NCBI GenBank assembly: GCA_964603585.1
Contig: CAZRVK010000001.1
Span: 271,856 to 335,855 of the forward strand
DNA length: 64,000 nucleotides
Origin: an uncultured Planctomycetales bacterium
Lineage (GTDB): Bacteria; Omnitrophota; Gorgyraeia; Gygaellales; Profunditerraquicolaceae
Direction: 5' to 3'
Position 1 is the first letter of the stretch. Every line of letters starts with the position of its first letter. The translations under genes and the position numbers were made by a program. Shown piece after piece: positions 1 to 11,859 of the stretch. The notes below the pieces were generated by a model. It was given only the letters and a program-made list of their open reading frames with translations, had not been told where the DNA came from and did not search any database.

Positions 1-574
1 TATAAATGGCCTGTACATCCAAACCATATTTTAAAAGCTCGGAAACCGCCTGGTGGGTAAAACTCGAAGTATTCGCGTAATGGAAAGACCCTGTATCAGT
101 CAGCATTCCAACATATAAAAGTGTGGCGGTATCCCGGTTAAACTGAACATGCATCTTCTTGAAAAGCTTAAAAACCACTTCTGCCGCGGATGAAGCAAAA
201 GGTTCGACGAAATTGATATCGCCGAAATTGGTATTACTGATATGATGATCAATGTTAAGCAGGCATTTACCGTCTGTATCCAGATGCGACAGACTGCCGC
301 ATCTCGATAAATCAGCACAATCCAGCACAGCAAAACAATCAAAATCAAATCTTTTAAAACCGCAACCTGGATGAAGGATCGAACTGATACCGGGCATGAA
401 ATCATACCCGAAAGGTACATCATCGTTTACGACTTGTGCCTCTTTTCCCAAAGACCTTAAAAGGAACATAAACGCCAGTTCCGAGCCTAAGGCATCCCCT
501 TCAAGGTTCGTATGGCTGGTAATGAGAAAACGCTTATTTTTTTGAATGCACTCGACGGCTTTTTTTAGGCTCAT
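1..574 (-). CDS. DHH-family phosphoesterase (NrnA-like oligoribonuclease/pAp phosphatase). N-terminal part only; the gene runs off the window start
   Basis: Minus-strand translation from the ATG at ~574 reads MSLKKAVECIQKNKRFLITSHTNLEGDALGSELA..., which contains DHH motif I (HxxxDGDALGS). It is in a different frame from the listed spurious ORF 100..423. It overlaps the rbfA stop by ~40 nt. rbfA followed by a DHH gene is a conserved order. Confidence 0.7.
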   Translation of the reverse strand, partial: MSLKKAVECIQKNKRFLITSHTNLEGDALGSELAFMFLLRSLGKEAQVVNDDVPFGYDFMPGISSILHPGCGFKRFDFDCFAVLDCADLSRCGSLSHLDTDGKCLLNIDHHISNTNFGDINFVEPFASSAAEVVFKLFKKMHVQFNRDTATLLYVGMLTDTGSFHYANTSSFTHQAVSELLKYGLDVQAIY

Positions 575-911
575 TTAGCTCCTTTATCTGGTTTAATACC
601 TCCTCGATCCTTACGCTATATTCAACAGACCTGTCCTCTCTGAAGGCGATCTCCGGGGCAAACCTTAACTGTATCCGCCCGGCGATCAAACTGCGTATAT
701 ACCCCAATGCGGAATCCAAAGCCTTCTTGGTCCTGGATTGGTCTTCTTTACTGCCGAGGACACTGAAAAATATTTTTGCGTATCTTAAATCTGCAGTCAC
801 CTCCACCCGTGTAATCGTAACAAAACCTAAACGGGGATCATTAAGCTCATCATGTATGATCTTGCTGACCTCTTGTCTTATTGCCTCTGCGACCTTATCT
901 GCTCTAGCCAT
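534..911 (-). CDS. rbfA: Ribosome-binding factor A
   Basis: 125-aa ORF with the RbfA fold signature (..FVTITRVEVTADLRYAKIFFSVLG..). Confidence 0.9.
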   Translation of the reverse strand: MARADKVAEAIRQEVSKIIHDELNDPRLGFVTITRVEVTADLRYAKIFFSVLGSKEDQSRTKKALDSALGYIRSLIAGRIQLRFAPEIAFREDRSVEYSVRIEEVLNQIKELNEPKKSRRVHSKK

Positions 912-955
912 ATCAATTACTCCTTTTTACCGCGTTTTTAAAAGGATATAAATAC

Positions 956-2233
956 CTACTTTTTAAACCTGGCGATGAATTCCCTGACTAAGTTTAACTC
1001 CTCTTCCGCCGTATTGACCTGCCCATCAAGCTTCGCATTAAATACAAATTTAAATACCCGCTGATACTGCGGCCCGGGGACAAGGCCCAACGCACGCAGA
1101 TCATGGCCGGTTAAATGCAGTCTCATTAAATGATGTACGCTCAAAAATTCTGCAATATGCCTGTTTAGGCATTTATTCCTGAATTTTGCTTTAATCAAAA
1201 GCATCACCTCATAACTTAAAGGGTCCAGAAGCCGGAATATTCTTGAAGGAGAGGTGTCCTTGCGTTCTAAAACACTGATAAAAGCCTTATTGATCTTCTT
1301 ATAAATCATTATCCGCTTTTCCTGCCCTCCGGTAAAAGCGAAATCCTTTAACATTGGCTTCAAATCTTTCAAGTTTAAACGATCGATAACCGCCATGAAA
1401 TATATAAGCCAGGTATCAAGCTTTCTGTGCCTGGGGCAATTCAACTTAAACCATTTTATCTGAACACTAACTGCAGCAAGCAGTTTATAGGCATCTTTAG
1501 TCAAAACAAGCTTCGGGCTGATAAAATTTATTGCCCCTAAGGAATCTAACCGCCGGATAGATTTTAAAGCACAATCCTCTTTAAGGAGTAAAATCAATTC
1601 ATCCCGCAGCCTTTGCGGCTGAACCTTTTGCAGCATTTGAAGCTTTAAAGCGGATTTCAGGTTTTTTAAAGTGTTTTTTTCGATGCGGAAATCATATCTT
1701 TGTTCAAAACGGATTGCCCTTAATATCCGGGTAGGGTCATCTACAAAACTCAAATCATGCAACACCCTTATCAATTTATTATTCAGATCGCTTTGGCCGT
1801 TAAAAAAATCTATCAGCCTGCCGTAATCATCGGCATTAAGGCTTACGCTCATGGCGTTAATGGAAAAATCCCTGCGTTTTAGATCATCCCTTAAACTGCC
1901 GGATCTAACAGAAGGCAGGCATGCTGGTTGGGGGTAATATTCGAGACGGGAACTGGCAATATCAACCTTTAACCCATTTATGATAATGGTTGCAGTACCA
2001 AACCTTCTATGCCGAACAAGTTTTGCCTGAAGACGGTTTGCAAAATCCTCGGCGAACCTTATCCCATCGCCTTCGGCTACAATATCCAAATCGAAATTAT
2101 TAACCCCCAGCAGCAAATCACGGACAAATCCTCCGACCAAATACAGCCGGATACCTAAACCAGACCCAACATCTTTCGCTAAAAGGATCAGCGCCTTTAA
2201 ATCCTGTGGCAAACTATTAAGATGGTCTTTCAT
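956..2233 (-). CDS. cca: CCA-adding tRNA nucleotidyltransferase / poly(A) polymerase family enzyme
   Basis: N-terminal class II nucleotidyltransferase motifs (LVGGFVRDLLLG, RRDFSINAM), 425 aa. Confidence 0.8.
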   Translation of the reverse strand: MKDHLNSLPQDLKALILLAKDVGSGLGIRLYLVGGFVRDLLLGVNNFDLDIVAEGDGIRFAEDFANRLQAKLVRHRRFGTATIIINGLKVDIASSRLEYYPQPACLPSVRSGSLRDDLKRRDFSINAMSVSLNADDYGRLIDFFNGQSDLNNKLIRVLHDLSFVDDPTRILRAIRFEQRYDFRIEKNTLKNLKSALKLQMLQKVQPQRLRDELILLLKEDCALKSIRRLDSLGAINFISPKLVLTKDAYKLLAAVSVQIKWFKLNCPRHRKLDTWLIYFMAVIDRLNLKDLKPMLKDFAFTGGQEKRIMIYKKINKAFISVLERKDTSPSRIFRLLDPLSYEVMLLIKAKFRNKCLNRHIAEFLSVHHLMRLHLTGHDLRALGLVPGPQYQRVFKFVFNAKLDGQVNTAEEELNLVREFIARFKK

Positions 2234-2263
2234 TCAGCCTCCGATCGAACAAACTGCAAAATA

Positions 2264-3151
2264 TTACGGGCGCGGATGAAATTGCCGATGAATACTTTTC
2301 AACCGATCCTTATTTATATGTGTATAAATCTGCGTTGTCGAGATATTGGCGTGCCCCAGCATCTCCTGGACCGAACGCAGATCAGCGCCTCTTTCAAGCA
2401 AATGAGTAGCAAATGAATGGCGCAATATATGCGGTTTTATATGTTTCTTGATCATGGCAATCTTGGAATATTTCTGCAGCATCTTCCATAGTGATTGCCG
2501 GGAAAGTTTTTTCCCTAAACGGCTGACAAAAATAAAATCACTCTCTCTCTTATTCAAGAGCCTGGCACGGCTTGACCCAAGATATTTTTCGATACTTGAG
2601 ATTGCCTTCTTCCCCAGGGGGATAACCCTCTCCTTGTTGCCTTTTCCAATACAACGCAAGAATCCCACCTCTAAATTCACATCATCCAATCTTAAATTAC
2701 TCACCTCCGAGATCCGCATCCCGGTAGCATACAAGGTCTCTAATATCGCTTTATCCCTAAGGCCCTGGTCATTATTTGCAGACGGAGCAGAGATCAACGA
2801 CTCAACTTCGTTCACCGATAATGCATCCGGGATTTTCTTCCATAATTTAGGAGAATCGACCAGATTCGTAGGATCCACCTGCAGGATCTTTTCCCTGGAT
2901 AGAAAACGGTAAAATGATTTTATCGCCGCAAGCCGCCTGGCAATAGAATTAGAAGATATCCCCCGGTCTTTTTGATCCAGCATAAAACTATTAACTTCAT
3001 TGCGGCTGGTACGATTCAGGGAATCGATGCCCTTGGAATTCAAAAAGTCCATATAAAAATTCAGGTCATCATGATAGGCGGCAACTGTATTCGCGGACAA
3101 ACCCCGCTCAACTTTTATATAATCCAGGAAAAGATCGATCAATTCACGCAT
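2264..3151 (-). CDS. xerD: Tyrosine site-specific recombinase XerD/XerC
   Basis: 295 aa with a SAM-like N domain and a C-terminal catalytic box (HILRHSFATHLLERGADLRSVQEMLGHANISTTQIYTH). Typical XerD length. Confidence 0.85.
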   Translation of the reverse strand: MRELIDLFLDYIKVERGLSANTVAAYHDDLNFYMDFLNSKGIDSLNRTSRNEVNSFMLDQKDRGISSNSIARRLAAIKSFYRFLSREKILQVDPTNLVDSPKLWKKIPDALSVNEVESLISAPSANNDQGLRDKAILETLYATGMRISEVSNLRLDDVNLEVGFLRCIGKGNKERVIPLGKKAISSIEKYLGSSRARLLNKRESDFIFVSRLGKKLSRQSLWKMLQKYSKIAMIKKHIKPHILRHSFATHLLERGADLRSVQEMLGHANISTTQIYTHINKDRLKSIHRQFHPRP

Positions 3152-3179
3152 ATTGTTATATCTAAAACCCCTTTAAATA

Positions 3180-3803
3180 TCAAACCCTTAAAAAAGGATT
3201 ATTGCGTTTCTCCGTTCCTACAGTAGTAAATTCCCCATGTCCGGGATAAACAACAGTCTCATCCGCTAATACCAGCAGTTTTTCCCTGATGGCCTGGACC
3301 AACGCCCCTCTATCCCCTCCAGACAGATCCGTTCGGCCAATACTGCCGGAAAACAGGCTGTCTCCGCTAAAAAGTATATCCGTATCCGGCTTTTGCATCA
3401 AAACAGCCATCCCCCCGGGAGTATGCCCGGGGATATGTATTACCTTAAAGGAAAAACCTGCGGCCTCGATCAGATCATTATCTTCCACAAGTTTTAGAGT
3501 AGAATGGACCTGGCAAGGCTGGGCAAAAAAAGCTGAAAGGTTAAGAGACGGATCACTTAAAAAGCCTGCATCATCCTTATGTATACAAACCGGGACTTTG
3601 AATTCCTGATCACAGCCAATGTGATCATAATGGCCGTGGGTGTTAACGACTAAAACGGGGTCTAAGGCATGCGCCTGTAAAACCTTGCGGATCTTTTTAG
3701 CCTGGTCACCAGGATCAATGATCAGTGCCTCTGCATTATCCTTGCGGGCTAAAATATAGCAATTAACCTGCATCGGGCCAACACGAACAGTTTCTAAGAT
3801 CAT
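3180..3803 (-). CDS. MBL-fold metallo-hydrolase (hydroxyacylglutathione-hydrolase-like)
   Basis: THGHYDH metal-binding motif, 207 aa. Confidence 0.8.
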   Translation of the reverse strand: MILETVRVGPMQVNCYILARKDNAEALIIDPGDQAKKIRKVLQAHALDPVLVVNTHGHYDHIGCDQEFKVPVCIHKDDAGFLSDPSLNLSAFFAQPCQVHSTLKLVEDNDLIEAAGFSFKVIHIPGHTPGGMAVLMQKPDTDILFSGDSLFSGSIGRTDLSGGDRGALVQAIREKLLVLADETVVYPGHGEFTTVGTEKRNNPFLRV

Positions 3804-4302
3804 ATCAGGGAATCCTTGATCTTCGGATAAGAAAATTCCTTAAGCACCCGCATCTTTATGCGTTCAGCCGATAAACGATATGAAGAAACCCCGGAGTTGT
3901 AAATATCGTTTGCAATCGTATCCCTAAGCTCCTGCAACTTAGCAATATGAGAATCCAATTGCGCCCGCGTATTCTCATTAAGCATAATACGCAACTGCGC
4001 CAGGTTCTTTAAAGCCTCGTTGGCACAACTTACCTGTTTTTTATGATTGGATCCGCGCAGCAATGCCTCGATAAGTTCATCCTGCCAGGATTTCCAATAA
4101 AGAAAATACTGACGGTAAAGTTCCTCCTTGGTAAGCGTTTGCTTATACTCCTCCGGGGCCAAAACCATCTCCACTTGGGGCAGGTTTTCTTTTTTGGGTT
4201 TACGGGTAAACTTGCGGACAAAAGCATCACATCCGCACAAGCCAAGTATTAATAAAAATCCGGACCCCAGTGATATTGTCCTTAAAACTTTATGATTCAA
4301 CA

Positions 4303-4303
<1 letters not shown>
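3800..4303 (-). CDS. Hypothetical lipoprotein (signal peptide with Cys-containing lipobox-like LGLCGC)
   Basis: Hydrophobic N-terminal leader ending in ..LILGLCGCD, with the rest coiled-coil-like. The stop overlaps the MBL gene start by 4 nt. Confidence 0.5.
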
Positions 4304-6303
<2,000 letters not shown>

Positions 6304-6326
6304 TTATCCAAACACTTGAGAATGTA

Positions 6327-6611
6327 CTAAAATTTAACCGAGAAATCAATAAACTCCCCGGAAGGTTCCTGCCAAGTAATCTCGACTTGACTGATATACT
6401 CCCGGAAATATTCCTTGATCTGCTCCAAATAAGCCTTTAAGACCACCTCTTCTGCCTGGGCAACTATCTCAACCCTGCCATCGAGAAGATTTTTTACCCA
6501 GCCCAAAACCTTTAAATTCCGGGCAATATTCTCGGCGGTAAAACGAAACCCTACTCCCTGCACATTTCCACGGTAATAGGCATGGACCTGTTTATTCAAT
6601 ACTTCCCCCAT
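6327..6611 (-). CDS. acyP: Acylphosphatase
   Basis: 94 aa with the VQGVGFR signature. Confidence 0.85.
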   Translation of the reverse strand: MGEVLNKQVHAYYRGNVQGVGFRFTAENIARNLKVLGWVKNLLDGRVEIVAQAEEVVLKAYLEQIKEYFREYISQVEITWQEPSGEFIDFSVKF

Positions 6612-6714
6612 TTCAAAATAATTCCCTCTGTCCGTAATAAAACACCCGTTTTAATTATACATAGGTTTAACTTATTTTGAAAGCGTTTTTACTGGGGTTT
6701 TAATGCGCGGAAAC

Positions 6715-7140
6715 CTACTTTTCCATCCTCAACTCAAGGGAGTCACTGTCTGAACCGATCGTCACATGGTCATCGTATATTTTTATGATCTTGAACTTTC
6801 CAATAAAACTGCCCTCGCCAAAAACCTCTCCGTTAATCAGCGCTTGAGGGTTACGAGGGTCCCAAATGATCCCGGTAAGTGCCAGATCAACCGTATCCTC
6901 ATTCCGGCTGTAAACCTGCCCGGAAAAAGGGCATCTGCCCCAGGATACCGGAAGCTCGGGATCAGTAAATGAAACAGCAGGCAACGTCTTTTGCGTTAAT
7001 GTATCTGCAAGAACCGAAGTTGCCGAAACCTTGGGATTACGCGAATTTAACAACTTAAGACTGTTAGCCCAAACTAAGACCATAACTGGGACCAAAACAA
7101 TAATGCCGATTATCTCTATCTGTTTCTTATCCATTCTCAT
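6715..7140 (-). CDS. PilP-like pilus assembly protein (N-terminal membrane anchor plus a beta-rich domain). Assignment rests on position only
   Basis: 141 aa with a TM anchor, located directly downstream of pilO-like and pilMN. No strong motif. Confidence 0.4.
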   Translation of the reverse strand: MRMDKKQIEIIGIIVLVPVMVLVWANSLKLLNSRNPKVSATSVLADTLTQKTLPAVSFTDPELPVSWGRCPFSGQVYSRNEDTVDLALTGIIWDPRNPQALINGEVFGEGSFIGKFKIIKIYDDHVTIGSDSDSLELRMEK

Positions 7141-7703
7141 TTATTTATCAGGTCCTCCTGAAGATAAGCAGAAACAATCAATTCGACATTCAGGTTGGTT
7201 TGTCCCTGGCCGTTTCCATGGATATTAACCTGCTTGAGAGAAATCAAGATCGGGAAATTATCCCGCAAAGCCAATAAATACCTGCCAAGATCCTGATACG
7301 TGCAAACCAACTTCAAGGAGATCGATAATTCCTTCAATGCCGAACCGGGGATATTAACTGATAGATCCTGTTTATTCAAGAAAGAGATATTTTCCACCTC
7401 GATCTTTAATCGCCTGGCATTTTCCGATAAATTCCTGATCACCTCATTTTCACTAACCGGCAGCCTTACTGAAGCTTCTTTTAGCAGTAAATTCAGGTCC
7501 TTTAGTGCTTCCGATAAAGGTTTGGCTCCGGTTATTTTGCCTATCTGGGATATCTCTTTTTCCATGAAGGAAATCTTGTTTTTCATTACCGACAGCATCC
7601 GGCTTTGCGGCAGATAAACAAAAACGATAAAAACTAATACTGCCAGGACAATTATCACAGACAGACAAATAATCTTTTTTTGTGTTTTAGATAATATCTT
7701 CAT
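7137..7703 (-). CDS. pilO: Type IV pilus assembly protein PilO-like
   Basis: 188 aa with an N-terminal TM, a coiled coil and a C-terminal domain. Translationally coupled to pilMN and to the PilP-like gene. Confidence 0.55.
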   Translation of the reverse strand: MKILSKTQKKIICLSVIIVLAVLVFIVFVYLPQSRMLSVMKNKISFMEKEISQIGKITGAKPLSEALKDLNLLLKEASVRLPVSENEVIRNLSENARRLKIEVENISFLNKQDLSVNIPGSALKELSISLKLVCTYQDLGRYLLALRDNFPILISLKQVNIHGNGQGQTNLNVELIVSAYLQEDLINK

Positions 7704-9289
7704 TGTAATTTAAAGCCTATATCAAAGGTAAGCACATCTTCACCTGCCTTACTACTTTTTGCGACATTAATAATATTGATATCCTTGAACATGCCGGAAT
7801 CAGCCAAATCACGGAGAAAACTGGTCAATACTGTATCCGGATTAAGATCGGCTTTCTTGACAAACCCGGCAATATCCCCCGACATAGAACCGGCATTCAA
7901 GGAAAGATCGCTAAAGAAAAGGTCTTTTGCGGGAATATTACTTATTTTCTTAAGCATCATCCCGAATTGCGGCTGGCTATCCCTGGTTTTAGCAAAGAAA
8001 TTATTGAGGGCATCAAGCCTGTCTTTCATCTGCTTGATCTCCAGCAATACATTCAGTTGAAAATTAGTGTTATCCAAACGGTTCCGGTAAACCCGGGTAC
8101 TTACTTTGATAAAAGCAAAAGAAAACAGTAAGAGCAGCAACGCAATAAAGGTTACCCAGAACAAATAAGTCATCTGCAGTAACTCGTTCTTTTGAGTCCT
8201 AAACTCATCCGGCAGGATATCGCTACTCCTGTTGTAATCAAGTACCATACCCAAAGAATCATACTCCTTAATAAGGGTTTCCGGCTGCAGGCCAATAGAA
8301 ACCTTGATGTTTTCATTCACATCTACTAAAACAACATCCAGAGATAATTCCATCTTTAAGAATTTATCCAAATTCGGGATAGCCAAACCTAAACCTCCGA
8401 CCAGCATCTTCTCTATCTTTATTCCATCGAACTGATTAGCATAGTAATCACAAGTCCTTTTTATCTCCTGCGAAAGCAGTTCCAGCCAAGGGCGCAATAA
8501 AGCCAGGACCTGGTTTGCCCCCAGCTTATCCGTGTATGCCTGATTGTTTAGAGGTATACCTCCAACAAATAGCACCTTTTCTATTTCTTCTGCAGTTAAC
8601 TGCACCTTGCCCTTGTTTTCAGAATATAATTCTGTAGCCAATGCCTCCTTGAGTTTATCCACCGAAACGGGCAACTCACGGTAAAAACACAGAACTCCCT
8701 GTTTATATATCCCAAAATAAGAGCTATGCTCATAAAAATGCAGTATCCCTATGGTCGTATCTTTTCCCGGGATAAATTTACCCTCGATAAGGCTGGAGTA
8801 ACCAAAAGCAGAGATCCCCACACGCACAACCTCAACACCTGCCTGTTTTAAGAGCAAAACCTGGGAACGGACTTCATCTTCTAAAGCCAGGGCACAAATA
8901 ATATCAACCAGCTTGGCCCCGTCACTATCTATACGTTTATTGATTAAAGAGTACCCAAAAACTGCCTTAGCGGTATCAAAAGGACAATCCGGTTTAAGTT
9001 TGAAAACTGCGGCTTGGACCAATTCGGATTCAGGAAGATCGGGAAGTACAATACGTTTAATAAAAAGCGTGCGTAAGGACGGGATAAGGATTACTTTTGG
9101 ATGCGGGATCCTGTTATCTTTAATGAAATCGCGCAAACAATCCAAGATCAGGGTATTATTGGCGCCTGCGGGCAAAGCGACAATTTTAGCGGCATTTACC
9201 TTGATCACATCGCCAGCAACAACCTGGAATATCTTTAGCCCAAGGCTAAGGTCAACGATTATAAAGTGCTCTATTTTCTTTACCAGCAT
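7700..9289 (-). CDS. pilM: PilM-PilN fusion: actin-like ATPase fold (PilM) followed by a TM helix and a PilN-like coiled-coil domain
   Basis: 529 aa. The N-terminal ~350 aa look like the FtsA/PilM fold. There is a TM segment (LFWVTFIALLLLLFSFAFI) at ~aa 370, then a PilN-like C-terminus. Confidence 0.7.
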   Translation of the reverse strand: MLVKKIEHFIIVDLSLGLKIFQVVAGDVIKVNAAKIVALPAGANNTLILDCLRDFIKDNRIPHPKVILIPSLRTLFIKRIVLPDLPESELVQAAVFKLKPDCPFDTAKAVFGYSLINKRIDSDGAKLVDIICALALEDEVRSQVLLLKQAGVEVVRVGISAFGYSSLIEGKFIPGKDTTIGILHFYEHSSYFGIYKQGVLCFYRELPVSVDKLKEALATELYSENKGKVQLTAEEIEKVLFVGGIPLNNQAYTDKLGANQVLALLRPWLELLSQEIKRTCDYYANQFDGIKIEKMLVGGLGLAIPNLDKFLKMELSLDVVLVDVNENIKVSIGLQPETLIKEYDSLGMVLDYNRSSDILPDEFRTQKNELLQMTYLFWVTFIALLLLLFSFAFIKVSTRVYRNRLDNTNFQLNVLLEIKQMKDRLDALNNFFAKTRDSQPQFGMMLKKISNIPAKDLFFSDLSLNAGSMSGDIAGFVKKADLNPDTVLTSFLRDLADSGMFKDINIINVAKSSKAGEDVLTFDIGFKLQ

Positions 9290-9372
9290 GGCAGATCAGT
9301 GTTCTTCTAAAGTATTTATACCTGGCTTTACTGCTTTAGTATATCATGAAATTTGAATTCGCATACTAATTT

Positions 9373-10929
9373 TCATCTCCCCGTTTTTTTCTTTAAAAAC
9401 CCTTTATTATTCACGTCTTTTTTGTTTGGTACTGCTTCTACAGAACTTAACTGCTTCTTTAATCCCGATAGCGCAACACTGGCCGGCAAAAATCCCATAT
9501 CCACCTTCAAGGCTTCTTTGTAACAATCTTCTGCCCGGCGCAAATCATTCTTTTCCCAATACAGTCCTCCTAAATTACACCAGACATGGGGTTGTTTAGG
9601 ATTGATCATCAGATTTATCCAGCAATAAGTAATAGCCTGCTCCTTTTCACCCATAGCATAAAATGAACCTGCCAGGTTATTATACGCCATATACCCATCC
9701 GGGAAATTATTAATATTACTCTTCCAATAACTGATGATATTTTGATAATCCCGGTTATGTTTTAAGGTAACCAGGGTATAACTCGATAAAAATACAATTA
9801 ACGAAATAAAAGCACTAACCCTAAGTATCTTACGGTGCAAAACACTTTTATTGATGATCTCCCAAACCAAAACAAAAAGATACGCCAGGATCAGGCAAAC
9901 ACCGGCCGAGGCAAGATAAACATACCGCTCGGAAACAATATTACAGATCGGAACCAGGTTTGAATACGGAAGATAAGCAATAAAGATCCATGCGATCCCG
10001 AACGATACCGGCGCCGCCCGCCTGCGACACTTAAAAAACAGGATAACCGAGGCAATGATTATCCCGATGGAAATAAAAAACGCCGGGGTTAATCTGTTCG
10101 TACCAACAGTCGCATAGGCAAAGGTATGGTAAAGCCCGCGTTCAAGCGGCAGGTAAAGTATCTTTAAATAATATGCAAAGGCCTTTGCCGCCACGATTAA
10201 ATAGCTATAGCCCTTAAACATGCAAATCGTACGTATAAAATTATTGCGGTTAACCAAGAACATCCCTAAAACCACCAGGGAGATCAGGATTATCCCCGAC
10301 AAAACTAAAATCCTGGCTTTGGTTAAATACCCGGGTTCTCTGAATTTCCCCCTGAAAAACAGGTCATAGGCAAGAAACATGAACGGAAGAGTAACCACAT
10401 TATTGCCGGTTAAAAAACAAAAACAGAAACAGATGATCGCGCAAAAAAGGTTTACGAGGGAATTATCGGACCTGACATAGAAAAATACCGCCGAAACATA
10501 AAAAAAACTCGAAAACACATACGGCCCGCCAGAGATCCAGCTCACTGCTTCAGTATGGATCGGGTGGACAGCAAAGATCAAACTGGCGATAAATGCAAGC
10601 AAGAAACTGGCAAACAGCCTGTGAAGAAGCAGAAAAAGCATCACCACACACCCAGCATGCATGATCACATTGAATAAATGAAAAAAGAAGGTTCTCCCCC
10701 CTGAAAACTGCCAGATCACTCCCCGAACAAGTTCCGTGAGAGCCCCCGGCGCAACACGCAGATTCTGGCGGAAACAGGCCTTTAGATCATGGATATTATT
10801 ATTATTCTGGATCCCGGCATAATCATCGATCAAGAATTCACCATGCAGTGAATTGCAATAAACGGCAACGCTTATAAAGGCGAGCAGAAGAATAAATGCC
10901 AGTTTCAATCCTTGATCATGAAATTTCAT
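9373..10929 (-). CDS. TMTC-like GT-C-fold membrane protein with C-terminal TPR repeats (DUF1736/PMT_2-type). Putative protein O-glycosyl (mannosyl) transferase
   Basis: Multi-TM N-terminal region carrying the TMTC hallmark motif FAVHPIHTEAVSWISGGPY, then TPR repeats (YNNLAGSFYAMGEKEQAITY..CYKEALKV). Sits between pilA and pilMN. Confidence 0.7.
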   Translation of the reverse strand: MKFHDQGLKLAFILLLAFISVAVYCNSLHGEFLIDDYAGIQNNNNIHDLKACFRQNLRVAPGALTELVRGVIWQFSGGRTFFFHLFNVIMHAGCVVMLFLLLHRLFASFLLAFIASLIFAVHPIHTEAVSWISGGPYVFSSFFYVSAVFFYVRSDNSLVNLFCAIICFCFCFLTGNNVVTLPFMFLAYDLFFRGKFREPGYLTKARILVLSGIILISLVVLGMFLVNRNNFIRTICMFKGYSYLIVAAKAFAYYLKILYLPLERGLYHTFAYATVGTNRLTPAFFISIGIIIASVILFFKCRRRAAPVSFGIAWIFIAYLPYSNLVPICNIVSERYVYLASAGVCLILAYLFVLVWEIINKSVLHRKILRVSAFISLIVFLSSYTLVTLKHNRDYQNIISYWKSNINNFPDGYMAYNNLAGSFYAMGEKEQAITYCWINLMINPKQPHVWCNLGGLYWEKNDLRRAEDCYKEALKVDMGFLPASVALSGLKKQLSSVEAVPNKKDVNNKGFLKKKTGR

Positions 10930-10959
10930 AAGCGATCATGGCTGTGTAAAGCTTACATT

Positions 10960-11008
10960 AAAAAAGCTGGCTTCTCATTTTTATCTTGTGATGAAAAGCC
11001 AGCTTTTT
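10960..11008 (-). terminator. Rho-independent terminator downstream of pilA
   Basis: Perfect 14-bp inverted repeat (aagctggcttctcat / atgaaaagccagctt) followed by a T-run on the minus strand, immediately after the pilA stop. Confidence 0.6.
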
Positions 11009-11040
11009 GAAAATTACCAGTAAATAATCCGATATTATCT

Positions 11041-11442
11041 CTAAAAACCGGACCCCACGGTTTGGGAAGCCGCGCTATATATACGGCCGTTTGTTGCATC
11101 ATAGATCCAGCCTATCCCGCTCGCCCCTGCAACCTCGGCACCCCCTGCCTGTATGCTGGTGGCATTATTATACGGATTGGCCGGTACGCCAAATTGCATT
11201 ACCCCTCCGGGAGATGACCCCAGCTCGGTTATTGAAGGGTATGAATTAAGGCCCGAAACGGCATTTTTAGCATACCAAATAGCGATACCACTGCGTAAAC
11301 CTCCCAAAGCGCCTTTTAAAGCGGCATTCCTTGCGCTCTCCTGCAAATTAATGAATGTCGGTATCGCAACACCTGCTAAAATACCGAGGATAACGATTAC
11401 CATTACCAGCTCAATCAGGGTAAAACCACTTCGTTTACTCAT
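11041..11442 (-). CDS. pilA: Type IV major pilin
   Basis: Canonical class III signal MSKRSG|FTLIELVMVIVILGILA with Glu at +5. 133 aa with a Ser/Gly/Ala-rich C-terminal half, a good RBS (GGGAGG) and a strong terminator. Confidence 0.9.
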   Translation of the reverse strand: MSKRSGFTLIELVMVIVILGILAGVAIPTFINLQESARNAALKGALGGLRSGIAIWYAKNAVSGLNSYPSITELGSSPGGVMQFGVPANPYNNATSIQAGGAEVAGASGIGWIYDATNGRIYSAASQTVGSGF

Positions 11443-11456
11443 CCTGCCTCCCTTTT

Positions 11457-11485
11457 ATTAAATTATTTATTACCAATTTTGGCAA
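11457..11485 (-). promoter_or_regulatory. Candidate sigma70-type promoter for pilA (TTGCCA-17-TTTAAT), inside the 3' end of the pseudopilin gene
   Basis: Read on the minus strand, located ~25 nt upstream of the pilA RBS. Confidence 0.3.
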
Positions 11486-11859
11486 CCAGATGCTCGAGAA
11501 TAAACCCACCCATTCTGCCTGTCATATATGTACCGGTTCATAAATGGATCTATAAGAAAACCCTCTTCATCAACCCTAAACGGCTCTAAATAATATTCTT
11601 TTTTAATACTACTCTTTTCCCTGCCGGAAGTCAAGTCTTTCTTAAACAACTCCTTAAGTTCTTCAGGGAACCGGCCATTGACGATCCGGTAATACTCCAA
11701 AGCCATGCGGATATTACTAAGCTCATTACGCAGCGCCATTTTATTTGCTGCCCCTAAAGTAAGGTTTGCGTATATCCCGAATATACCAACCAAGACAAAT
11801 ATCAGACAAGCAGAGACCGCTAATTCAAACACCGTTAACGCCTTATTTCTTTTACTCAT
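11470..11859 (-). CDS. GspG/PulG-like pseudopilin (minor pilin)
   Basis: Start chosen at MSKRNKA|LTVFELAV, a prepilin-like leader with Ala at -1 and Glu at +5. Its ATG forms an ATGA overlap with the pilC stop. The C-terminal region (EYYRIVNGRFPEEL..DPFMNRYIY) resembles the GspG fold. The listed ORF extends 8 codons further upstream. Confidence 0.6.
   Translation of the reverse strand: MSKRNKALTVFELAVSACLIFVLVGIFGIYANLTLGAANKMALRNELSNIRMALEYYRIVNGRFPEELKELFKKDLTSGREKSSIKKEYYLEPFRVDEEGFLIDPFMNRYIYDRQNGWVYSRASGCQNW

Noticed and set aside
100-423. 107-aa minus-strand ORF at the window start
   Set aside because: It lies in a different frame inside the DHH phosphoesterase gene. It is hydrophobic low-complexity translation with no recognisable fold. 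The DHH frame carries the conserved GDALGS motif instead.
2264-3151. XerD-like recombinase as a marker of an integrated mobile element
   Set aside because: Length and motifs fit chromosomal XerC/D dimer-resolution recombinases. No flanking direct repeats, phage genes or tRNA were seen. It is more than 16 kb from the tRNA-Pro repeats.
11457-11500. Sigma54 (-24/-12) promoter for pilA, as is common for type IVa pilins
   Set aside because: No TGGCAC-N5-TTGCW match was found upstream of pilA. Only a weak sigma70-like TTGCCA-17-TTTAAT is present, and no sigma54-activator (PilR-like) gene is in the window.
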